Assembly (NCBI RefSeq): GCF_001186125.1
Contig: NW_014040127.1
Coordinates: 1 to 32,663 of the forward strand
Origin: Sphaeroforma arctica JP610
Lineage: Eukaryota
Reading direction: 5' to 3'
DNA length: 32,663 nucleotides
The notes under the pieces were generated by a model. That model was not told the DNA's origin, did no database searches, and saw nothing but the letters and a program-made list of their open reading frames with translations. A program made the position numbers and the translations under genes. Positions 1 through 9,969 of this stretch are shown here, in pieces; positions within the stretch are counted from its first letter, which is position 1, and every line of letters begins with the position of its first letter.

Positions 1-259
1 ATATAAAAGTGAGTGTGTGTGGGGGAGGGTCTGTATCTTTGTGTAGACATCGGTATATACATATATTTAAATATATATCTATATATGTAGACCAATGTTG
101 GTGAATCTGAATTGATATACCGTGTGCGCAAGGGCATGCAGTTTCCGTTTTTATTACAAAATAACCGTTTTTTCTTGATCATATTTGTCTCAACTCCGGA
201 ACCCGATTGCGCACATTTCTATTCTGAAACCTTCATATCTGAATCAGTATTCGTGACAG

Positions 260-3200
260 ACAACGATCGCCAACAAGTGTTGGCGTTGCTGCCCAGGATT
301 CCAGAGACCTCACTAGCACAGGTCATTCGTACATTTGACGTTAAGATAGATGACCCTCAGATAACGCAGAATCTCGCCCAAAAGGCTACAGAGGTATGTA
401 GCTGTTGTGCTCGCATAGAAATGAATGCAACCGTGTCTGTGGTACTCTGTAGGTGTGGTTTCCAAAGGGTGGGCACTCGATTGACAAGGCTGTAATAATT
501 CGCGGTCCAGGAGAGTGGCTATAGACTGCGTCTCGTCAGGCTGTGTGCGAATATTGTAAACTGCCGAGGTGCATATGTGCAGTGACTGATACTTTCAGTG
601 CTAGTGAGCGTAGTTTTAATTTGCTATGAGAAGATACAATTTCGGTGTTGTGGTGATTGCTTACTAATCTTGGACTGGCCTGGCCTATTCGAATGTTTTC
701 TTTTACCTAATTTGGGTTTGCGGAGGATTCACTCCGCTCTTGCTGGTGGCAAGTGCATATTAGCATTTGCTACCTATGCAGGATAAACATGGGCTCATCT
801 TATATGTATGGATTGTGTTATATCTCGTCATGGCCGGCAAGCGTCGTCGTTATAGGTACGGCCTAGTATTATTAGAGGTGCATCGATTCTCACGTTATAT
901 CTCACCTTCATATCCGTATATGGTATATAGCTCTTCAGGGAGGATCCGAAATTGGGCCTGCGCTTCGCGATGCAGTACAATCTGGGCAAGGACATTGACA
1001 TGCCCATACTCGTCGCAGCATTGATCCAGAATCAGGAAACCTCTGTACTTCAGAAGCTGTTTCGTAAACCGACTGATGTAGAGCCTGTTCTTCAGTACCT
1101 AGGCAAGTGGCGCATCGTGTTTGTTGCCAACATATGTGCTTTGATGTGTACGTTCTAGATTGTGACTACCACTGTGACTTGTCATCCATGATGGCGGTTG
1201 CACAGATGCTCTGCTAGCCATTTCTCCCATACTCTCGTTAAGAGCTAGTGGATGTGATCTCGCTCTTTGTGCCATCACACTGATTCTCATATCCACGCTC
1301 CCGTTGCATCACTCAGCATACATGTACATAGATGACGCATATAGACTAGTAGATCATTATTCGCCTTTCATCGTACATATGTAGGATGTATATCGGTTTC
1401 ATCGAATAGAGGACTCAATGTCGCAATTGACGTTCAAGTACAAATGCCACCAATCGCGATGACTTACAATTATTACGCACAGAACGAGAATGTGAGATAC
1501 TGGTCGAGCGCAGAGAGACAAAAGGCGGGAAACACACGCATATGATCAATTTCATCAAGAAGATCAACAAAACACAAATCGGTGGCGGACTCACAAAGCG
1601 GCATGTGGAGAATGGGGAGTTCAAAAACATGTTCCTGCTGATGGACATGGCCATGCTCAACTTCATGTTCTTCAGTCGCATGAAGCAGACAGGCGACATA
1701 GCCAACTGGAACGAGCTACTGGTCTTGTTTGGGAAGGCCCACGAGCTGTTTCAGTGTAAGCCTCGTCTTGTACCGTATTCTCTGTGCGTAGTAGTACACA
1801 CCGCCACTGCGCACGTCTACGTTTCGGGGTACATCTACGCTGCCGTTGTGTATGCACGTTGTACTGCACCCCCACTTACTCTGTCGCTTATGGGACTCGG
1901 ACCGTATTGTGCGATCTCTGCTTACTATCGACCGACTGTTATAGACAGTGTGAGGGAATATCGCGATGGTGTGCAATGCATGAAGTATTCAAACTGTATA
2001 CTCACTGTACCGTACAGTAGTTGGAGCAGCACTTATTTCGATAGATACTCTCAGCTTGTATAACTCGACACGTACACTACTGAGGGTATACAGCGCATGG
2101 TTTGACCGTATCAGAGGATTACTAGATTTGTTCTTGTTACATACTGGTGTGTTCTGCCAATCTGAACATTGATGTTGAGCTACGCAGAGCGGAGGGTGCT
2201 AGATAGATGTATTAGCATCCACGAAGCAATCTTGCATCTAGCTACAACAGTGTACGTACCTGTACACCGCTTCAACATGAAACCTCAAACTTATCGTTGA
2301 ACGATAAAACAGGACGAATTGCGTATATCATTCTCTGCGCATCTGTAAGTGCGCAAATATGTACTTGCATCATCGGTCTACGCTATGTGTAGCTTGAATC
2401 TCTGGCATTTTGTTGGAGTGCGTTTTGCCACCGATTCCTTATTTGTTTGGCATACGTCCCTGCGGGCAGATGACATCTTCGAGCGCACGAAACAGCACTT
2501 CCCTTCAAAGCAATGGTTCAGAACTCAATTTGGCGCCAAAAGTTACTTCAACACGTTGTGCGGCGGAGGCTCGCCCTACCTCGCACCGGAAGAGCCTTAT
2601 AATCTAGGTACGTTGGCATTTCTTATCGAGTGCTGATACATGTAGGTATAGGCACCTAGGCACTTTTGCATGCACCGATTGATTCCCGTATCCAGGACTA
2701 ATATGTATGGTTGAATGGCCATAAAATATGTATACATACACGAACATATACGTGGAAGAGTGTGCTTGCCCTTCTTTCTGCACGACACATTGATGTACGA
2801 AATAAAACAGCATCGCAACACTGAGTGAGGTTGCACAGCGAACATACGTATCTTCGTTTTCGGCTTAACGCGCATAGTTTGTGAACAACGTGCACGTGGA
2901 TACCCACGCACGCACCGAGTGACAGCCCACAAACGCCTAAAGTGGGCCCCTCCAGCATGTACGTGCCTAGACCTCTCCCCGTGCGTGTACTGAATCCGTT
3001 CAAACTCTTGTACGGCGCAGCAAAGGACAGGAAAGCAGTACCCGAGGCGTTCCTGACCCTCTCCCAGGTGGGTACAATGCCTCTGCAACTATACATGGTG
3101 TCCACCCAAGAGGAACTCGATGCGTGTTTAACAACGCTTACAGCCGACAGCACGTTTGTAGGCATGGACTTTGAATGGTGTGTTGGGTTTAGGGTTGTGT

Positions 3201-6200
3201 GTGTAGTTCAATGTATGTTTTTGGATGTATATAACGAGATATACTCAGTTCGTCTCGGATATTTGTGCCTACCTTTTGTTTAAACCTGGCTTCGGAGAGT
3301 GTTGGGATGCCATTTTAACACCGGTCCAATTCTCGCGGGGGTATTCTTTTGAACCGTCTTTAAGTGGTTATTTGGCTGGCTGCGTGAGACGCTCAGACAC
3401 ACTTGCGCGGACCTATCGAGCGTGTTTGATGTTTTCGAAGCATACAGCGAAGGCTGACAGATACAGGGGACACATGAAGACGCACTGATTAGCAACTCAC
3501 AACCGAGATACACAAACGTGTAAATATAATACACACTTGAGCCCATGCAGAATTCAGGAACAGAACAGCGTATTTAGTCCTGTTGAGCAGAATAACGTAT
3601 ATAGTAATAACGTGTATAGTCATGTTGAGCAGAATAACCTAAATAGTAATAACGTATATAGTCACGTTGAATAGAACAACGTATATAGTCACGTTGAGCA
3701 GAATAGGTTATATAGCCATGTTGACACAGGCCCAAGTGCGTCTATTGACCCTTTCAATTGTGAAATACCCCTGCACGGCATATGAAGGCGACCCAGACTA
3801 TTCACAATCGACACCGACCGATGCGCGCTGTGGCAGTTGGCTACGGACGATCTATGCTTCTTTATCGACATGGTAAAGCTGCCAACAACCGCCATACAGC
3901 AGTTTGCAGCCAAATTGCTTAGTGCCCCCAACGTGACCCTCATTGGTAAGTTATTAGCTAGACACGCATAGAACTATGATTTACCAATGCCGAGTCGAAG
4001 TTTTTGCCGAGGGTGTCCGCGCATTTTTTTTTTTGAAAGTATATTTGGGAAGGAGTCTCCATTAAACTGGACAGTAGTGTATGTGGAAAGTTATCAACCA
4101 ATATGAGGATTGTGGTGTTTTTATGCGGAAAGTTATCAACCAATATGAGGATTGTGGTGTTTTTATGCGGCTTGCTTGTATGCATGTCATATTTGCTTGT
4201 GTGCATGTCATATCTGCTACGGCACTCGTGCATCTGTCCAACACATGGGTAGGTAGCCACGTTCTATCTATATCCATGCGTTGCATCGATATGTGTGTAC
4301 TCGTTGTCTGCATCGATCACTACGCTATGCACCAGTGCCATGCACATTTGTCCGAACATGTGTCGTCAGGCATACATCTGGTGTTTAATCAGGCAGATTT
4401 GGAACTGTGCGTAGCCGCACTATAAAGTGTATGCACATCCTTGTGCACACCGAACGTCACTGATGTTCACGCGACTATCTAACCAATTCAATGCATTTGT
4501 CCTCGCTAGGCTACGGATTGAGTGGTGACAGTGCGATGCTTAAAACGGCCACAGGCGACGCCTCAATCAATCTAAGCAATGTGCACGATGTGCAGACAAT
4601 GGGGGTGAGTGGTTGTATGGGGTATATGTGGTGGGGGTGAGTGGTTGTATGGGATGTAAGTGATGGGCTTGTGTGGATGTAAATTGTCGTTAGCAATGAG
4701 GATTGATATCTGATATATGTTATGTCCATGTGGAGGCAGTGCTGCTACTGCATGGCTTTTAGGGTTTTCGGGTTTAGGCTTCATCAGTGCATGTCGCATA
4801 CTTGTGCGATCGGTTGACCTTGTCCTTCACAAACACCCAGTACTATTCAGGAATGCATGTTCTGGTAGCAGCTATAATATGTCCTTGTCGAGGGCTTTAC
4901 TGGGCTCGTCTTTCATGTTACGTGCCTTTGCAGTGAGACACTTGCAAATCTTCGTCTTTTTCTCAAGGTTCTGCGAGGCATGTTCTAATACTTTCTGCAT
5001 GCATATTTTAAAGTATGAAACTGTGGTGTATAAGTAATGCGAACTGCAAACAAATGTATTCTGTAGGGTCGTGTCTGTGTGGATATTTTATGTTCTGTAG
5101 CCATTCATTCGTTTCCTCTCGAGGTTCGGCTTGCAACACACTACGAGATTGAGCGTTTATCATTCACATTCACAAACCAATCACATGCATATACAAATAT
5201 ACCTAACATGATTAACCACTGGCCACCTTGCTGCGCATGACAATCTGATCCGCCTCTTGTTTTCTATACACTTTCTACACTTTCAGAAACAACTGGTGGA
5301 GTTTTCGCCGGAGTATGATTTGAAGGGTGGGCTTAGCGGTGCTTGTAAAGTATGTTCTACCGACTGTGCCAATGCTTGTGCCCAGAGATGTTACTAGTCT
5401 CAAACGCAGTCGTATGGAGGTCTCTAGACCTTTGCTATGTCGCTTCACATGTAGTTCAGTCTACAATGCGTGAGTTGTATGAGTGTGTGTAGCCAATCGC
5501 TAGGATGTAGTTCCGAACTGTACCTATGTGGGACAGAGTTTCCAAAGGCCTGTTCCTCTCCATATGTCTCTCCGTCCGGATTTATCCACACATCTACGCT
5601 CTATTCTATAGTTCTGGTTTGGCAATGCCCTGGACAAGCGCAATCAGATGTCTGATTGGGAGAGACGACCTCTCAGGAAAAGTCAAGAGGAGTACGCTGG
5701 TATGTTGTACTATGTTCTTAACAAAGTATGAACCTTTGCGCATCTATACATGTAAAGGTATTCTAAACTATTAATTACTACGTATAGTACGCGCTGGTAT
5801 GTTGTACTATGTTCTTAACAAAGTTTGAACCTTTGTGCTTCTATACATGTAAATGTATTCTGCTAGATACAAGTATCTCATGAGAGGTCGTCCGCATTTG
5901 CCACTTGGTTTTGACTACGTATTCAAACTTCGTGCTGGCAACTATGCGTGCCAATCGTTTCAGACGCGCACGGGTGTGTTCGTGTCACCTGTTGTCTCGG
6001 GATCACCTACGGGAGTTCTGCAGAATTTTTTTTTCGACGTAATTTCCGCTATTTACGTATTTACTTTTGTATACGATCGTGCGTATCACTGAAGTGCATT
6101 GATTCGACAACGGATACAGTTTGATGGACGTTTAAACGCTTTCTCACGCTCTTGCTTATCCCAATTGACCCTTCAACCACAGCTCTTGATGCGAAATGCC

Positions 6201-6803
6201 TTCTGCCCATGTACCGGAAAGTCAAAGCCAAAATCACGGAACTACAATTGACGAAAAATACAGGTAGGTAGTCGATTATGACAGATTATGTCCTCTCATG
6301 TTTGGTTTTGCTATTCATCGCATCGGCTGCTCGGGTTTTAATTCCGCACTTGGCACTCGTTCGGCTCAGGGTTGGACCGGCGAGGTTGATTAGCGAGGAT
6401 GATTGAATCTTTATTAAGCCTGGACATCCATGCACAGGATAGATCTCTGTGGTTGGCTATAAAGTTTTCGTGCAATTAGAAGCGATCTCTCGATTTTACG
6501 GGGCTCTACTGTTAACAAGTTTGTACACAAGAGCGTCTTCAGGTTTGCGGAGTATAGTTGACTCTGCGACTTACTCCTGCTGGGATGCGTCACACCACAA
6601 AGATGCACATCACGACTTTGTATTCGTGTTTTTTTATAGGTAAAATCTCCGTAACTTCCGACGTAAAAACGGGGCAGAACAAATCTTCGAACCCAAATGG
6701 AGAGAAAAATAACTCTCAATCAAAATCAAAGCGGCCAAGGAAAAGGCAGCCCAAGAAGAAGGCTCTAGAGACTTGTAAGGTACAACCGGGCACCAAGAGG
6801 TGA
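260..6803 (+). CDS. EXD3: EXD3/Mut-7/Nibbler-like DEDDy 3'-5' exoribonuclease, 5'-partial (N-terminus lies upstream of the window)
   Basis: Phase-consistent exons: 260-393, 931-1102, 1483-1755, 2470-2607, ~2943-3177 (acceptor uncertain), 3788-3945, 4510-4604, 5287-5349, 5612-5699, 6183-6263, 6640-6803 (TGA). The spliced product has ExoI VGMDFEWRP, CALWQLAT..CFFID, ExoII GYGLSGD, GGLSGAC, LDKRNQMSDWERRPL and ExoIII YAALDA. The N-terminal helical region (AMLNFMFFSR..ANWNELL) resembles the EXD3 N-domain as I recall it. Confidence 0.8.
3581..3725. repeat. Degenerate mosaic tandem repeat (TGTTGAGCAGAATAAC / GTATATAGT modules) in an EXD3 intron
   Basis: About 5 imperfect copies of (C/T)GTTGA..GAA.AAC interleaved with GTATATAGT, read directly from the sequence. 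Confidence 0.8.
4081..4215. repeat. Two adjacent intronic tandem duplications (42 bp x2, then 21 bp x2)
   Basis: ATGYGGAAAGTTATCAACCAATATGAGGATTGTGGTGTTTTT occurs twice (from 4081 and 4123). GCTTGTRTGCATGTCATATYT occurs twice (4174, 4195). Confidence 0.9.
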
Positions 6804-6989
6804 CATCTAAGACAACTAGACGTATCGCAAGCGGATATAAAGAATTAGTTAGCTGACTAGTAATGCGATTGATGCGATTGTCCTTTGCCGTTTATGTACT
6901 TGCTTCAATGGGATTTAAAGGAGTTCGGAAAACGGAAAATTAAGCGCTGATGTGTCTTGTAGAATAAGCAGGGATAAAATTGGCATCAC

Positions 6990-7061
6990 ATATATATGTA
7001 TATATGTATGTATGTTTGTATGTATGTAAGTATGTAAGTATGTAAGTATACTATAAATATT

Positions 7062-7098
<37 letters not shown>

Positions 7099-7129
7099 CT
7101 TTATGTATGCATGTATGCATGTATGCATG

Positions 7130-7161
<32 letters not shown>

Positions 7162-7167
7162 AATATA

Positions 7168-7200
<33 letters not shown>

Positions 7201-7360
7201 AATATAAAATACATATATATATATGTGTGTGTGTGTGTGTGTATGTATATATATTTATTTGTATATGTTATCGTTTTTATATTATTATTATTATTATTAA
7301 TATCATTGTTTTTATTTTTATTCTATTATTCTTTTATTTTATTATTTATTATTATTAATT
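6990..7360. repeat. Compound microsatellite (TA)n/(TG)n/(TATG)n/(TAT)n between the convergent EXD3 and lipase 3' ends
   Basis: Read directly. The (TA)n(TG)n block recurs about 4 times, followed by a TAT/TTTAT-rich tract. Confidence 0.95.
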
Positions 7361-7597
7361 CATCGACTGTACTGGATGACATTGTTGTCTATGTGCTGGA
7401 TATTATATTCTTTATAATGTCATGCGAATAATTTAAAATTGTAATACGTCTCAATAGATGCTGAACTCCATGATTCGCAGCACGATACTGATTATCTGAT
7501 AAGATATCACGCTCAGTATCACAATGTTGTCATAAATCGTCCCCACACCAAATGCACAATATGGATTATACACCGACCGTGGTCGTTATGACCATGT

Positions 7598-9499
7598 TTA
7601 TGCAGCAGTCGCCTTTCCGATGGTCATGGGGTTAACTTCTGTGTCACATGCCTGGCTCTGCGTCCGGATCCAGCCCATCTCATATTCCGCTTGATCAATG
7701 CTCCAGTCGCTAGTATTTGGCAGTGCGTACATTTCCTTAAGATGTGACAGTGAAGCCTTCGCTGCTGCACGAGTATGTACACCTCCGGCATCTTCGAGTT
7801 GTAGGAAGCCATGCGTCACCTTATCGGCCTCATGCAGATGTACCTCACCCCGGGCCCGTCTCAGCTTGCGTGCAAATTCTATCGAGTCGTCTAACAAGAG
7901 GTCATTCGTGCCAACGACAATATAGGTAGGCGGGAGCTTGCTCAGCATATCATCTGTGGCATGCCAAGGAGATAAGAGAGCCGAGGGAGTCACTTTTTGG
8001 CCCTCAGGGATGTAGGCACCCATAGTGATGGCAAACACGCTGAGTGGCAGCAGAATATCTGCCGCTGCATTCAGACGCGCCGGTGATATGAGCTTCTTAA
8101 TACATGCGGCTGGATAGCTTGCCTGCAGTGCTTTAGGTAGTGGTAATCCCTCTTGTGCAATCTTAGTCCCAAAGCCAATGTCAAATTCCCGCCAGCGCTA
8201 TCGCCTGATATGCAGATGTTGTTGGGATCATGACCCATCTGGTGGGCGTGTTGAAATACCCACGCATACATGTAGAAGCATTCGTCTAGCGCAACAGGGA
8301 ACTTGGCCTCGGGTGCGAGTGAGTAGTCGATGCTGACCACCATCCCGTCTAACTGCTGAGCCCACTTCTTCAGATACGCCTGGTGACTTCGCGAAGTTTG
8401 GGCTACGAATCCTCCTCCGTGTATATGGAATAGAATGCCCGGTTTGCGAGTGCTTTTATTAGTAGCACGTCCCATATGGTCAACTGAGGGTTTGACGGAT
8501 ACATCGGGAGCTTGCTCCTTGCTCCATACTATTGGTATCTTATTCATAAAACTGGCTTGCAGCTTGTTCAACGGCAGCGTTTCAAACGTACCAGAACCTT
8601 TCTGAGTGCGAATCACACGAACTGTTATTTGATCTAGCAGCGGCGCTGGAACATTCGTTTCGATTGACTCTATCTTAGGTTGCCCACTCTCTCTACCCGA
8701 ATTCGCCTCCGGGTGCCTGTGAGAGAGTTTGATGTCATCTCTAGCAGATACGTGGAATCGCACGCCAGCAGACGGGGCTTTAATCTGTAGCACACGTTTC
8801 ATCCCGCTCGTTTCAAAAACATTCCAGAAGTCTTTCAAGAATTGCATATCGCTTTTCTGGAATTCTGTGACTATCTTTGATGCCCGCAAGTCCGCATTGA
8901 GGGCGTACAAAGGTAGCGAGGCGCTAGTTGTCATCTTGGTCAATACCTGTACTTCTCTACCCAGGATTCCACGGTTGAAGCTATTACTCGCAGTGAACGC
9001 CAACATGAAGTCCATCGTTGCACGCACGGCACCTTCACAGTGTAGCGCTTTCATCTGGCTATAGAAGCAAGTTTTGTCAATATTTGATATCTTGTTCCAC
9101 AGCGCCTCATTTTGTGCCAAATCTCCATCGTTGAACAGTATATTTTCTTCATCGACCGCGGCCTCACATGCGAGAGAAATATCTAGAATATCGCACTGAG
9201 TTCTGAGCAGAATTATTCTTCTGGATATGGACTTGGTTCGATTTGAACCACATACGACTTTGGCGGCATTTCGTAGATATCTCAAGAGCATGCGCTATGT
9301 TCGAACGGAATCCGTTGCCCGGAGTGTTTTCGTCCAAGTCAACCCTGTGCATGAAGCTCGCTATTCCCCTTACCTTCGGATTTATTGTGTCTCTGATAAT
9401 CTCTTCGAGTTCGAGTAACAGACTAAGGTTTTTCGATTTGCTCTCATATGCTCGTAAGCGGAAAGCACTCACTACACCAAGGTAAGCATTAAGGCGCAT
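7598..9499 (-). pseudogene. LIPE: Hormone-sensitive lipase (HSL_N + alpha/beta hydrolase), interrupted by two frameshifts; could be a pseudogene, an assembly error or a recoded gene
   Basis: ORF 9499-9164 has DLDENTPGNGFRS (HSL_N). ORF 9291-8071 has IDKTCFY, FLKDFWN, HIHGGGFVAQTSRSH, IDYSLAPE and GDSAGGNL. The original frame resumes at ~8165 with KIAQEGLPLP..SYPA..SPARL..DILLPL and continues into ORF 8038-7598 with the catalytic Asp (NDLLLDDS) and His (THGFL). Confidence 0.85.
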
Positions 9500-9969
9500 T
9501 ATTTATTGTTCTATTTGCAGAGATCACATCAATTATATAGGAAAGTATTGCAGCCTTGTACTGCCAGTAAGTGCTTCTTACTGCCATAATTTTGTGTTTG
9601 AATTCATTCTTGACTTTATATTCTCAAAAAACAAAATTCCGGTGCAGGGTTCCCCACTTCTTCTGGGCCCGGGCAATCGGAATAAAAAATACAAATAAAT
9701 AAATAAACCAATTTTACATCATATTTATCTCTTTTTTGAATATTTTTTAAAAATAATACGTATGTTGCCGTCTTGGCCTTGCTCGGCTGTATGTTAAAAG
9801 TAAATAATATTGTTTAAAATCCCAAGAAAGTCTGCGCCTTAGCGGCCGAGTCGAGCCGACATTACAAACTGGCATACATTTTCAGTTTTTCACTCGATGA
9901 TTCGTTCGCGGTTTTCATTGTTGTTATTAGCTGCACTAGCTAAAGTCGTTTAAATCCCTCTGTGGAAAC

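Noticed and set aside
453..568. Possible extra EXD3 exon with an in-frame TAG (readthrough or alternative code)
   Set aside because: A direct phase-0 splice 393->931 gives a clean KATE-LFREDPK junction. TAG is used as a normal stop in RFC2 and the GGCT-like gene.
4757..4779. TTTAGGG-like telomeric motifs (also ~3185, ~13935)
   Set aside because: Only 1-2 imperfect copies each, consistent with chance.
7081..7431. ORFs rich in YI/CV (also 14841-15246, 18980-19985, 22619-23041, 28134-28449)
   Set aside because: They are translations of (TA)n/(TG)n microsatellites.
8163..8176. 14-nt GC-AG mini-intron that would repair the second lipase frameshift
   Set aside because: It is far shorter than any intron here (the shortest is about 135 nt) and would delete residues of the helix after the catalytic Ser.
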